From positions 19,377 to 83,376 of the forward strand of contig JAJYZA010000001.1 of the NCBI GenBank assembly GCA_021800365.1: a stretch of 64,000 nucleotides of DNA, in the 5' to 3' direction. The notes beneath the pieces are model-generated. The model saw only the letters and a program-made list of their open reading frames with translations. It did no database searches and was not told the DNA's origin. The DNA comes from Nanobdellota archaeon. GTDB lineage: Archaea; Nanobdellota; Nanobdellia; Parvarchaeales; Parvarchaeaceae. Both the position numbers and the translations under genes were made by a program. This document shows, one piece after another, positions 29,157 to 39,599 of this stretch (within the stretch, counting starts at the first letter, position 1; every line of letters starts with the position of its first letter).

Positions 29157-31565
29157 TTATGCTTTAGAAGAAGAAATTATAGATTCACCAGAAACTTTCG
29201 CTACGCTTATTAGATTGTCGGCTATGTTTTTCATTATATCTTCGTGGGTTACTATTATTATCTGAACTATATCAGTTATTTTTGTTATGCAGGTCGACAA
29301 AGCGTTTATATCTTCGCGGTCTAAGCCAGTAGTCGGTTCATCCATCAATAAACATTCATTTTTACTTATCCCGCCTAACATAGATGCGATGGATGAAAGA
29401 GCGAGCCGGTATGCTAGCGCAACGGAAGTTTTCTCTCCTCCAGACAGGGTTTTAGCATCTAAGACCTCACCCCCGGCTGCCACTTTTACATTATAGTTAT
29501 TATCTATATCAATGCTATAATCGTTTTCATTGCGTATCTCTAAAAACTTAGATTGAAAAAGTGACCTAAAATCATTTATAAATTTATTTCGAACATACTC
29601 CCTTATATCTCTTATGTCTTTTCTTAGATTTTCCATAAGCGAAAGAAACTTGCTCTTTTTATCAAGTTCTCTACGCATATTTTCGCGTTTTTCTAACTTT
29701 GTTTTTAAGACGCCTAATTTTTCTTTATTTTCTTCTATTTCTGATTCTCTGGTATGAAATTCACTATTCGCTGAGGCAACTCCAGCGGATATCTGAGAAA
29801 TAGTAATGTTTAAATGTTTTAGTTCAGTCTCTTTTGCTTCTAACTCTATTGCATCAAAACCAAGTTTATTTATCTTTTCTGTTATCATCGCGATTTCTTC
29901 ACTTGCTTTCTGTGATTCTATACGCAAATAAGCCGATCTGTCCTTTAAGACATCTATGTTTTTTATATCTACCTCTATCTTTTCTATTTCTAGAAGTTTG
30001 TTATTTAATGCAGATAGTTCCTGTTCAATATAGTTTTTCTTATTTGATATCGCATCATAATTCTTGCGCAATGCGATTATCCTTTCATTTAACTTATTTA
30101 AACTATTTTCTTTTGACTCATCTTCGTATATTCTTAGATGTGCTGCATTTTCAGAGATATGCAGAGTTAACAGATCATAATCCCTTTGCAATTCTTGCCT
30201 GCTTTTACCTGTTATTTTCTTATTCTGCTCTGTTGATAAGGACGTTATTAACTCTTCATAACGTTTTACTTTGCGAGTATATTCATTCTTTATGTGTATG
30301 ATATCTGTAATATTTTCTCTGCAGATAGCACATCTTCCATTACGTAATGCGTCTGCCTCCTCAGATTTTATTTCTTCTATGCACTGTTTCAACTGCAAGA
30401 CCCTACCATTTATTTCTTCAGCACTGAGTTCTGCCGATTTTAGCTCCAATAACTTTTTAAGTGTATTTTCTTCGTTTCTTAATGTTGTATTCTCCGATTC
30501 AATTCTTTTTATTTCTTTGTTTATCCTTTCCAATCTAGATAGTTCTACTTTTAGATCGGTTTCACATGCATATAGTGTCTCATAGGCAGATTTCAATTCT
30601 ATATCTACCGTCACCAATATTCCCTCTTTTTCGTGTTTTTCTTTTTTTAATGCTAAAACCGCAGAGTGATCTATCTCCTTTACCTTTTCAAGTTTAGATT
30701 TTATATCAGAATCTATCGCTAAAAGTTGTTTTTCGAAACCGGCGAGCTGCGTAATCCTCTGGGACCTCTCTGCGTTTAAACGTGTGCTTTCATTTTTCTT
30801 ATCTCTATAAAATTGTATTTCGCTTTCGATTTGCCTTAATTTTATTTTATTATTTTCGAGTGTATTTTTAAGTTCTGTGATACGCCTCTCCGCTTCCGCA
30901 TTTAAAGCATTTAGCTGTCCAATCCTGCTCTCTATACGAATAGCCTCTTCTTCATCACCACTAGAAGATAATTCAGTACCTAACAAATCTACTTCTTTTT
31001 CTATCTTAGAGTTTACTTCCTTAAGTTTCTCATACGTATCTGCATATTTATTTAATTGAAGAAGCTGGTCTAGGTATTCTTGTTTTGCCTGGCCACTTTC
31101 AAATATCAAATCTTTTAATTCATCTTGTTTTATATAAGTTATGGCTTCAAACGTTTTGAGAGGATTAATCGACTCGATTCCAAGTAGCTTAAGTATAAAA
31201 TTATTTAGATCTGCTGCCCTATTCTGTAAATCTATTTTTTTCCCATCTTTCCTAATCTCATTCTCTTCATCATCGTTACGTACACTGTCCTTTAAACGTT
31301 TTAGTCCTCTCTTTATATAATATTCGGTTCCTACATCAGAAAATTTTAAGGCCACCCAACCACGTGCTGCGCCGCGCCTGAGGAGCAATTTTCCTTCTTC
31401 CCTCCCTTCCCCAATTTTTCCAAAAAGGGCATATTGTATAGCCATGAATATGGAAGACTTCCCACTACCGGTGTTACCAGTTATTACATTTATACCATTG
31501 TAAAACTTAACTGATGCAACCTTATGGCTCCTTATGTTGTTAAGTTCAATTTCTCTAAGGATCAT
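29157..31565 (-). CDS. rad50: DNA double-strand break repair ATPase Rad50
   Basis: GNTGSGKSS Walker A, coiled coil with CAIC zinc hook, LSGGE, MDEPT..LD, VTH. Confidence 0.92.
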   Translation of the reverse strand: MILREIELNNIRSHKVASVKFYNGINVITGNTGSGKSSIFMAIQYALFGKIGEGREEGKLLLRRGAARGWVALKFSDVGTEYYIKRGLKRLKDSVRNDDEENEIRKDGKKIDLQNRAADLNNFILKLLGIESINPLKTFEAITYIKQDELKDLIFESGQAKQEYLDQLLQLNKYADTYEKLKEVNSKIEKEVDLLGTELSSSGDEEEAIRIESRIGQLNALNAEAERRITELKNTLENNKIKLRQIESEIQFYRDKKNESTRLNAERSQRITQLAGFEKQLLAIDSDIKSKLEKVKEIDHSAVLALKKEKHEKEGILVTVDIELKSAYETLYACETDLKVELSRLERINKEIKRIESENTTLRNEENTLKKLLELKSAELSAEEINGRVLQLKQCIEEIKSEEADALRNGRCAICRENITDIIHIKNEYTRKVKRYEELITSLSTEQNKKITGKSRQELQRDYDLLTLHISENAAHLRIYEDESKENSLNKLNERIIALRKNYDAISNKKNYIEQELSALNNKLLEIEKIEVDIKNIDVLKDRSAYLRIESQKASEEIAMITEKINKLGFDAIELEAKETELKHLNITISQISAGVASANSEFHTRESEIEENKEKLGVLKTKLEKRENMRRELDKKSKFLSLMENLRKDIRDIREYVRNKFINDFRSLFQSKFLEIRNENDYSIDIDNNYNVKVAAGGEVLDAKTLSGGEKTSVALAYRLALSSIASMLGGISKNECLLMDEPTTGLDREDINALSTCITKITDIVQIIIVTHEDIMKNIADNLISVAKVSGESIISSSKA

Positions 31566-32722
31566 ATCCCAAATAATTCCTCTGCATGTTTTTTTATGAT
31601 ATCTGGCTCAAATCCTTCTAAAGTGGAGTCTATAAGCATTTTTGCTAGTTTTACTTCCTTCTCGCCGTAGCCACGTTTGTTTAAAAATTCCGTCTCTATC
31701 TTACCAAGATCTGATTCAGTTATTTCTACAGTTTCCTTGTCACTGCTTGATAGCTTTGAAATATTTATACTGACGAACGAATAACCAAGTGAAAGAGCCT
31801 CTGTCTTTAAAGCTCCAAAATTAAATTCGTCTAACTTTCCTCCGGTAGTTCCCTCAATTTTTATTACTAATAGATTACCTTCATTTTTTGACAGCCCTGC
31901 TCTTACTTCATCCTCTATCTCTTTTACAGACTTATTATTTGCTTTTACTAACAATATCTCTTTTTTTCGTGTATTCAGCACCACGTAATCGATTTTTTGA
32001 ATCCCGTGCTCATCATAGTCTATAAGATAGTAACCCCTGTTTGGATTGTCGACAATTTCTTTTTCATCACAGTATTCCGTAGAGCCTGGATACTGTATTA
32101 TTCCCGTATCATATTGAATATTGTCTTTATGCCCATGCCAGTGGCCTGCGGCGTAATAATCAAATCCCTTTGGTAAGCTCTCAGTGTCTAAATCTTTAAA
32201 TTGCTCACCCAAAGCTGAGACAGTATGGTGAAATATAAAAATCTTTACCCACGTATTTTTATCTATGCTTATTTTTAATCTCTTAAATATTTCTTCTTCT
32301 ACCCTACTGCGCTTCCCTTTAACGCCACACAAAAAAGCGTTACGATATGTCTCTCCCATCAACTTGAAATCCCGTTCGTCTAAGATGTATCTTTTTGAAC
32401 TAAGGTTTACGAGCAGACCGTTTCTATCAAATAGTTCTATTATACTGTCAGATTCCCCCATGCCGACATCATGTGAACCGGGCACTATGAACACTTTTAT
32501 TCCTGCTAGTTTAAGTTTATTTAATTGATCTGTAACGAATAATAAAGAATCTAAGCTGGGATTTCCTTCGTTAAAAAGGTCACCGGAATGTACAATAAAG
32601 TCTACTTTATTATTTATTGCGGCGTCTATTACTTGCTTAAAGACTGCCCTTACATCCTCATTTCTTTTAAGATTTTTATACACGGAGCCTATATGTGTAT
32701 CACCGACGTGAATAAATTTCAT
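31562..32722 (-). CDS. mre11: DNA double-strand break repair nuclease Mre11
   Basis: DTHIG, SGDLF, PGSHD, FHH, GHWH, YPGS; 4-nt overlap with rad50. Confidence 0.92.
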   Translation of the reverse strand: MKFIHVGDTHIGSVYKNLKRNEDVRAVFKQVIDAAINNKVDFIVHSGDLFNEGNPSLDSLLFVTDQLNKLKLAGIKVFIVPGSHDVGMGESDSIIELFDRNGLLVNLSSKRYILDERDFKLMGETYRNAFLCGVKGKRSRVEEEIFKRLKISIDKNTWVKIFIFHHTVSALGEQFKDLDTESLPKGFDYYAAGHWHGHKDNIQYDTGIIQYPGSTEYCDEKEIVDNPNRGYYLIDYDEHGIQKIDYVVLNTRKKEILLVKANNKSVKEIEDEVRAGLSKNEGNLLVIKIEGTTGGKLDEFNFGALKTEALSLGYSFVSINISKLSSSDKETVEITESDLGKIETEFLNKRGYGEKEVKLAKMLIDSTLEGFEPDIIKKHAEELFGI

Positions 32723-32902
32723 AATTATAATACCTATTCTCTCTATAATTTAACTACTTTTACAGCAGCCTTACTGAAGTATGGATAATTACCAAGAACC
32801 ACAAAAATTAGACTAAAAATCTATGGCTACGATTGCTTATACGGGGAAATGATTTACTTTTTAATTAAATGCCTATTTATTATCTCTTATGCAAATAATA
32901 AT

Positions 32903-33310
32903 ATGGAAAAACGGTTTATCTTTAAAGAAAATGTACGTATCTATGATACAGATGCGCAGGGGATAGTTCACTATGCGGGGTATTATCGCTTCTTCACAGA
33001 CGCACTAGAACAATTTGTAAAAGACCGCATCGGCGGAACATTCCCGCTTCTCGAAGACGGCGTCTGGTTTGTCGTCGTGGAGTCAAATGCAAAATACTAT
33101 AAACCTGCAAGAGTTGGCGATGAACTTGAAGTTTCGCTTTCGCCTACGCTACTATCAGAAAAAGTAATAAAATTTAATTTCGGTATAGAACGAAGCGGTG
33201 AGTTGCTATGTGATGGTTACATAACACAAGTAGCATTAAATGAATCAAAATGGAAATCAGTACCGATACCCAAAAAATTTGTAGACCGAATTTTTCAGAA
33301 AAAATCGTGA
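32903..33310 (+). CDS. Acyl-CoA thioesterase (hotdog fold, YbgC/4HBT family)
   Basis: VRIYDTDAQGIVHYAGYYRFF, YYKPARVGD. Confidence 0.9.
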   Translation: MEKRFIFKENVRIYDTDAQGIVHYAGYYRFFTDALEQFVKDRIGGTFPLLEDGVWFVVVESNAKYYKPARVGDELEVSLSPTLLSEKVIKFNFGIERSGELLCDGYITQVALNESKWKSVPIPKKFVDRIFQKKS

Positions 33311-33951
33311 AGCTTTCTATTGTCTAGGTCTCTTAAGGTAGCCCAAGTGTTTCTAATGTATTTTTTATATTTTGTTTCTAGTATCGATCCGTTCTCTTTT
33401 ATAATTTTTAGGAAACGAATTGTCTTTGGATCGGAGGGATAACCACTCCCAAAATCATAACCGAGTTCTTTTTTTATAAATGCCACGTCGCGCTCACGTC
33501 TAGATTTTGCTAGAATCGAGGCGGCTGATACTTCTATATAATTTTTATCTGCATAGTTTTCTACTATTAGCTCTTTATTTGGTATTTTTTTAGAAAGATA
33601 GATTTTTATTTTCTTTGTATTCGCACTCGGAGAATCTATTATAACCGCCTCACCATCAAGAAAATTTGCTATCTCAGACATCTCATCTAGTTCTAGAAAA
33701 TTTAAGTTGGTTCCCGCCTTGTAGCGATTGTCTATGACTTCTGGACTAAGTTCTTTGAGGAGATAACCTGCCGCGTGCTCAATAATTAGTCTTTCTAGGA
33801 GAAAAATTCTTTTTATGCTTAGCAGCTTTGAATCTTTTACTCCCGCTGCTTTCATTTTTTTTGAGGCATCTTCATCTAGACTGACTCCTGCTAAAACCAG
33901 TGGTCCGATTACCGGCCCTCTTCCTGCTTCGTCTATACCTATACGTTTCAT
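33295..33951 (-). CDS. rnhB: Ribonuclease HII
   Basis: GIDEAGRGPVIGP, DSKLL, VSAASILAK, GSGYPSDP. Confidence 0.97.
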   Translation of the reverse strand: MKRIGIDEAGRGPVIGPLVLAGVSLDEDASKKMKAAGVKDSKLLSIKRIFLLERLIIEHAAGYLLKELSPEVIDNRYKAGTNLNFLELDEMSEIANFLDGEAVIIDSPSANTKKIKIYLSKKIPNKELIVENYADKNYIEVSAASILAKSRRERDVAFIKKELGYDFGSGYPSDPKTIRFLKIIKENGSILETKYKKYIRNTWATLRDLDNRKLHDFF

Positions 33952-34277
33952 TTTATGATTTCCGTAGGTTTAGCGGTCTCATCCGCCCTAAACATTGCAT
34001 GTCCGAATTGGATTATTAGTTTTATACCTAATTTTTCCAAACCGGATGGAACATCACAAGCTCCATAAGTACTACCACCCCAAATATAAACTTCAGAGCC
34101 GGTATTCTCTTTTATAAAATCTGCGATTTCTAAAGCATGCATCTTAAATCCATCCGGTATCTGAATCGCCACCTTATCGTATTTTCTTTCTTTTATTTTA
34201 TCGATTATTGTATCAAAGTCTATATCATATTTTTTTAACAAGTATCCGATCCCTTCGCTTTTTGTGTGATATTTCAT
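33948..34277 (-). CDS. dph2: Diphthamide synthesis protein Dph2, N-terminal domain only
   Basis: VAIQIPDGFK, STYGACD, IIQFGH; only 109 aa, and the stop overlaps the rnhB start. Confidence 0.75.
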   Translation of the reverse strand: MKYHTKSEGIGYLLKKYDIDFDTIIDKIKERKYDKVAIQIPDGFKMHALEIADFIKENTGSEVYIWGGSTYGACDVPSGLEKLGIKLIIQFGHAMFRADETAKPTEIIK

Positions 34278-34353
34278 AAACTTCTCAATAAAGCAATTAA
34301 ATAGTATTCCGATTATATATACTAATTACATATTAATAGAGATAGTTAAAAGC

Positions 34354-35034
34354 ATGGATAATAAAACCTTTCTGTTTGTTATAAGTACATTAAACAAAAA
34401 GTATAAAGTAAAGATGACCAGAGTACGGCCATTTGAGGTATTAATACACGGTATATTGTCTACGCGAACAAAGGATGAAACCACCTTCCCAGCACAACGA
34501 CGTCTATTGTCGCTCGCGGGAAATCCCCAAAAATTATATTCGCTGAATGCGAAAGTGATAAGAAAATTGATTTATCCGGTTGGTTTTTATAAAACAAAAA
34601 CAAAATTATTAAAAAGGGCCGCAAAGATGCTAATAGGGGATTTTAATGGTAAAGTACCTTCGTCCAAGACAGATCTTTTGAAAATTCCAGGTGTCGGTCC
34701 AAAGGTGGCTAGTCTAGTCCTTGTCTGGGGATTTGGAATACCGGTAATCCCAGTTGATACACACGTAAATCGTGTGTCTCAGCGTTTAGGAATAGTACCT
34801 AAAGGCACGAAACCAGAAGCCACCCAAAGAATATTAGAAAGCGTACTTTCTCCCAAACGACGCTTGATAACGAATAAAACACTTGTTAAATTTGGCAAAG
34901 AAATCTGCCGCCCATTATCGCCGCTATGCGGTATTTGCCCGGTTTATCATTACTGTGAATTTCCGGATAAGGATTATTACAAAAATAGATATCGCAATTT
35001 AAATAAGGAGGACACCTATAAAATATATCGATAG
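34354..35034 (+). CDS. nth: Endonuclease III
   Basis: ILSTRTKD, GFYKTK, IPGVGPKVA, VDTHVNR, C-x6-C-x2-C-x5-C Fe-S motif. Confidence 0.95.
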   Translation: MDNKTFLFVISTLNKKYKVKMTRVRPFEVLIHGILSTRTKDETTFPAQRRLLSLAGNPQKLYSLNAKVIRKLIYPVGFYKTKTKLLKRAAKMLIGDFNGKVPSSKTDLLKIPGVGPKVASLVLVWGFGIPVIPVDTHVNRVSQRLGIVPKGTKPEATQRILESVLSPKRRLITNKTLVKFGKEICRPLSPLCGICPVYHYCEFPDKDYYKNRYRNLNKEDTYKIYR

Positions 35035-35054
35035 GGCAATTTCCCATTGTTGTT

Positions 35055-35804
35055 ATGAAATCAGATTCCTTTAAGGCAATAATTTCCGGTATGTATTACT
35101 TTACAAAGTTACGAATACTTACGATTTTAATAGCGATGGCATTATCACTATTTATTATCTTTTATGGTGGGTTGATCCTGCTTTTGAACCTTACCTTTAA
35201 CCAACCCAACGGATACTACGTGATGTATCCTACATATATTATTGTGGTCGCGCTTACACTATTTCTAGTCGAATTCTTTCTGTTTTTCTATTTGCTTTCA
35301 CTTGGATTGGAAGTCAAAAAGCGTATTGAGCTTAAATCTCCAATAAGAATACCAGAGGTTCTTGTAACTTCGCTTAAGAAATACCCGAAATTTTTAATCT
35401 CTACAATTTTTCAACTTTTCGTAGTTTTTGGCGGTCTTGTCTTAATAATTGTTCCGGGAGTATATTTTGGAGTACGCAGCATGTTTTTCAACATAGAGAC
35501 ACATAATGGAGACGTTACTTTAAGTACCGCACTAAAAGATTCTATTGAACTTACTAAAGGGCATTTTATAAAGGGAGTTACCGTGTTTCTTTTTTATTTA
35601 GTTATATTCTTTTTACTTATTTACGGAATATTCGAGGCTGGAACTGGGCTTTTACTTACTTATCTTGGAGACAGTATAGTGCTGTCATTTTTAATTCTCG
35701 CATATACATTTAGTGCAGACGCGCTATATCACTTATTAAAAACTAGTGTCGGTAACGGAATAAAATCACAATTATTCAGACGTATCGCTTACAAAGAAAA
35801 TTAG
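35055..35804 (+). CDS. Hypothetical multi-pass membrane protein
   Basis: About six TM helices; IVPGVY and ALKDSIELTKG patterns of GPDPase-membrane-like domains. Confidence 0.75.
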   Translation: MKSDSFKAIISGMYYFTKLRILTILIAMALSLFIIFYGGLILLLNLTFNQPNGYYVMYPTYIIVVALTLFLVEFFLFFYLLSLGLEVKKRIELKSPIRIPEVLVTSLKKYPKFLISTIFQLFVVFGGLVLIIVPGVYFGVRSMFFNIETHNGDVTLSTALKDSIELTKGHFIKGVTVFLFYLVIFFLLIYGIFEAGTGLLLTYLGDSIVLSFLILAYTFSADALYHLLKTSVGNGIKSQLFRRIAYKEN

Positions 35805-35839
35805 CAATAAGTATTATCTTATCCTCATTCAACACAATC

Positions 35840-35911
35840 TTATCGGATTATTGTGAACTGAAGTTCTCGCTGTACTAGATCTTTAAACTCTGTCAAAGTC
35901 AGCTTATTCAT
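35840..35911 (-). CDS. Possible 23-aa small ORF (MNKLTLTEFKDLVQRELQFTIIR)
   Basis: AAGGAGG Shine-Dalgarno-like site 5 nt upstream of the ATG, inside a hairpin. Confidence 0.35.
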   Translation of the reverse strand: MNKLTLTEFKDLVQRELQFTIIR

Positions 35912-36084
35912 AAATGCCTCCTTTTTTGTTGTTCTTAATACAGAATGGGGGCATTTGTTTGATTTATCGCTTATCGCGGGCTGTCCGCAATCGAATTATG
36001 CAACGGCCTCGAACTATAGAAAGCTTTATATACTAGTAATATCACTTTTACTAATTGAAAAATTTACTCTAAGAGGTCGCCTGC

Positions 36085-36318
36085 TTGGATATTGATGTTT
36101 TTAGTAGCAATTTGTCCCCAAAATATAGAGTAATTAAACCTGAGGATGCAGCGGCGCTTCTCGAGAAATTCCATATCACTACAAAAGAGTTACCAAAAAT
36201 AAAATTAACTGATCCGGCTGTTAAAAAATTAAATGCGAATGAAGGCGACATTATAGAGATAATGCGAGCTAGTATGACGGCTGGCGAAGCAAAATATTAT
36301 CGTTTTGTTATAAAATAA
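36085..36318 (+). CDS. rpoH: RNA polymerase subunit H (Rpo5)
   Basis: LPKIKLTDP, GDIIEI.R.S.TAG..YYRFV; TTG start after AGAGGT. Confidence 0.95.
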   Translation: MDIDVFSSNLSPKYRVIKPEDAAALLEKFHITTKELPKIKLTDPAVKKLNANEGDIIEIMRASMTAGEAKYYRFVIK

Positions 36319-36321
36319 TTT

Positions 36322-37800
36322 ATGAACAAATCCGACACAGAGTGCTTATTAGATGCTGCAATTAAAGCCAATACTTTAGCTGCACACCATATTTCCTCTT
36401 TTGAATATTTTGTAGAAAGCGGATTACAGAATATAGTTAACAGTGAGTCTATAATAGAGCCAGTTATAAAGCCAGCTGGGGTAGGCGATTTTAAAATAAA
36501 ACTCGGTAAAATAACGGTTGGGAGGCCGGATATTCTCGAGGCCGACAGCATAGTTAGATCAATATTTCCTATGGAAGCCAGGATAAGAGATTTGACATAT
36601 GATGCACCGATGATGCTTTCTGTCTCATATATATCCGATAAAAAAACCGTCGCTGAAGAAGAAGTATTTATCGGACGATTGCCAATAGTAGTAAAATCAA
36701 AATTCTGTAATTTGCATGGTTTATCAAAAGATGAGTTAATAAAGCAAAAAGAAGATGCAAGTGACCCTGGGGGATATTTCATAATAAATGGAACTGAACG
36801 TATAATAATAACTACAGAAGATCTGGCACCAAATAATCTTCTGATAAGTAAGGAAAGCCAGGAGGGCTTCTTATACTCAGTTAAAATTTTTGCGGATGCA
36901 GACAATATAAAAGTGCCGCACACCTTGCAACTTTCTAACAGTAACTTACTTTACATTACCTTTGGAAAACTCAAAAAGATATCCGTTGTTGTCTTACTTA
37001 AGGCACTTGGCTTTACAAACGAGAATGAACTTATAAAAAAGATAGCAAAGGGTGATGAGGATATAGAAAATACACTGGATATAAATCTAGTTGCTTTTGA
37101 TATCGATAGTGAGAAGGGGGCCTTAGAATCTTTAGGCAAATCTTTGCACTCTATGCACCCAATAGAGACGGCTGAAATGAATATTGATTCTTTATTATTT
37201 CCATTTCTAGGCAGGGATCCCGCGTCTAGAAAATTAAAGGGAGAATATCTAATGTACGTTATCAATCAACTAATGTCTTATTCTCTTTCGAAGAAAGAAG
37301 TAGATAAGGACCATTATTCTAATAAAAGACTGCATGCAGAAAATTATAACCTCGATATGCTATTTAGATTTGTATTTAAACAGATACTTAATGACGCAAA
37401 GTACAACTTTGAGCGTGGAATAAAAAAAGATAGGGTGCCTAGCCCGAAATATATTTTCACTTCAGACCAGCTAACATCTAGATTAAGATCTGCGCTGGCC
37501 ACGGGACAGTGGGTTGGAGGTAGAGTTGGAATAACTCAGCACCTTGAAAGGAGAAGTTTTCCTTCGGTGGTATCCCAGTTAAGAAAGGTTGAATCTCTAC
37601 TAACTTCAAATAGAGAAAACTATCGCGCAAGAGATTTGCATGGAACTCATTTTGGAAGATTTTGTGCAGTGGAAACACCAGAAGGACCTAAAATCGGTTT
37701 AACAAAGAACATTGCTTTGCTTGCAAAGATTTCGGAAGACAATGCAGATAATAAAGAAGTAGTAAATAAACTTAAAGAGTATGGAGTAAAGGAGATATGA
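36322..37800 (+). CDS. rpoB2: RNA polymerase subunit B'' (Rpo2N)
   Basis: PMEARIRDLTY, DPGGYFIINGTER, DKDHYSNKR, ETPEGPKIGL. Confidence 0.96.
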   Translation: MNKSDTECLLDAAIKANTLAAHHISSFEYFVESGLQNIVNSESIIEPVIKPAGVGDFKIKLGKITVGRPDILEADSIVRSIFPMEARIRDLTYDAPMMLSVSYISDKKTVAEEEVFIGRLPIVVKSKFCNLHGLSKDELIKQKEDASDPGGYFIINGTERIIITTEDLAPNNLLISKESQEGFLYSVKIFADADNIKVPHTLQLSNSNLLYITFGKLKKISVVVLLKALGFTNENELIKKIAKGDEDIENTLDINLVAFDIDSEKGALESLGKSLHSMHPIETAEMNIDSLLFPFLGRDPASRKLKGEYLMYVINQLMSYSLSKKEVDKDHYSNKRLHAENYNLDMLFRFVFKQILNDAKYNFERGIKKDRVPSPKYIFTSDQLTSRLRSALATGQWVGGRVGITQHLERRSFPSVVSQLRKVESLLTSNRENYRARDLHGTHFGRFCAVETPEGPKIGLTKNIALLAKISEDNADNKEVVNKLKEYGVKEI

Positions 37801-39599
37801 CGTTCGTATTTGTAAACGGAAAACTATCTGGAAGAACTGATGATGGAGTCGGATTGGCAAAAGCACTTATAAAAGATAGGCGTGAAGGCAAATTACCACC
37901 TACGCTTAATGTAAGATACAGGGAAGAAACTGACAGTGTAATGATAAATACTGACAGCGGACGCCTCGTTAGGGCGGTAATAGTTGTAAAAAATGGAAAA
38001 GCACTGGTTACGAAAGAGGATATAAATCTTCTCGAAGGTAACCACATCGGATGGGATGACCTTGTAAAAGCCGGAAAAATAGAATATTTAGATGCTGATG
38101 AAGAGGAAGATGCATACGTTGCATTAAATGAAGAAGATCTTACGCCCCAACACACTCATATGGAAATAACGCCTCTTTCCGTTTTTGGTACACAAGCTTC
38201 ATTACTCCCATTTATAAATCATAGTAATGCCCACAGAAACGTTACGGCAGTTAAAAGTGTACAGCAAGGAGTTGGAACCTACGCTACCAATTATTTAATA
38301 AGAATGGATAATGACTCGATGATTGCGATAGACCAACAAGTGCCTATAGTAAAAACAAAAATGTATGATAATGACTACTTAAGAGATCACGTTTTTGGGC
38401 AAAACATTGTCGTAGCAGTAGTATCTTATTTAGGATATAATATGGATGATGCAATTATCATAAATAAATCTTCTATAGAGCGAGGATTATTCCGATCTAT
38501 GTTTTTTAGACCATATAAAGTAGAGGAGACAAAATACATCGGTGGCCAAAGTGATGTTATAACCATTCCAGATAAAGATGTGGCCGGGTATAGATCTGAA
38601 GACGCATATAGATTTTTAGATGAGGACGGCATATCATATCCTTCTGCAGAAGTTGATAGCGGAGATGTTTTGATAGGGAGGATCTCACCACCTAGATTCG
38701 TATCTTCAATAGATAAATTTAGACTTGGTGTGCAAAAACAAATAGAATCTTCCGTAGAGTGCAGAACCGGCGAAGGTGGGATAGTAGACTCGGTATTCTT
38801 AACTTCGACATCGGATGGCAATAAATACGTATCTTTAAAAGTCAGACAGGATAGAAGAGTAGAAGTCGGCGATAAATTTGGTTCTAGGAGTGGACAAAAG
38901 GGAGTCGTAGGAATGCTGCTAGATGAAAGCGACATGCCATTTACATATTCGGGAATTATCCCTGACCTTATTTTTTCCCCATACTCTTTACCTGCACGAA
39001 TGTCGATGGCTTATTTATTGGAGCTTTTAGGCGGAAAAGTCGGCGCTATGGCTGGACGCTATGTTGATGGAACCCCCTTTACCGGTGAATCGGAGGAAAG
39101 TTTGAGAAAAGAACTTCATGCTCACGGATTTAGAGAGAATGGGGTAGAAACCATGTATAACGGAATAACCGGCGAACAAATGCAGACTAGAATATTTATA
39201 GGTGATATGACTTACATAAGATTAAAACATTTTGTTTCAAATAAGATACAGTGGAGGGCACGCGGACCAATACAGCTCCTTACACGCCAGCCGACCGAAG
39301 GTAAATCAAAGAGCGGCGGGCTTAGACTTGGAGAAATGGAGAAAGATTGCTTTGTAGCTTATGGTGCCGCCTTATCCTTAAAAGAGAGATTTGACTCTGA
39401 TAAAATCTCGATACCTGTTTGCTCAAAATGTGGAATGATAGCAGTTTATAATGTGAAGAAAAAAACGGGCTATTGTCAGCTAGATGGAGAAGACGCGCCA
39501 ATAAAGCTAATAGAAGTATCTGCATCATTTAAGATACTTCTTGATGAACTTAAATCAGTGGGTATATACCCGAAAATAGCCGTAGGTAAAAAGGTATGA
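37797..39599 (+). CDS. rpoB1: RNA polymerase subunit B' (Rpo2C)
   Basis: GYNMDDA, GDKFGSRSGQKG, RQPTEGK..GGLRLGEMEKD. Confidence 0.97.
   Translation: MTFVFVNGKLSGRTDDGVGLAKALIKDRREGKLPPTLNVRYREETDSVMINTDSGRLVRAVIVVKNGKALVTKEDINLLEGNHIGWDDLVKAGKIEYLDADEEEDAYVALNEEDLTPQHTHMEITPLSVFGTQASLLPFINHSNAHRNVTAVKSVQQGVGTYATNYLIRMDNDSMIAIDQQVPIVKTKMYDNDYLRDHVFGQNIVVAVVSYLGYNMDDAIIINKSSIERGLFRSMFFRPYKVEETKYIGGQSDVITIPDKDVAGYRSEDAYRFLDEDGISYPSAEVDSGDVLIGRISPPRFVSSIDKFRLGVQKQIESSVECRTGEGGIVDSVFLTSTSDGNKYVSLKVRQDRRVEVGDKFGSRSGQKGVVGMLLDESDMPFTYSGIIPDLIFSPYSLPARMSMAYLLELLGGKVGAMAGRYVDGTPFTGESEESLRKELHAHGFRENGVETMYNGITGEQMQTRIFIGDMTYIRLKHFVSNKIQWRARGPIQLLTRQPTEGKSKSGGLRLGEMEKDCFVAYGAALSLKERFDSDKISIPVCSKCGMIAVYNVKKKTGYCQLDGEDAPIKLIEVSASFKILLDELKSVGIYPKIAVGKKV

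Noticed and set aside
35930-35960. ACAGAATGGGGGC resembling the 3' conserved region of RNase P RNA
   Set aside because: No matching GAGGAAAGUCC-type 5' region found, and the region is too AT-rich; needs an Infernal search
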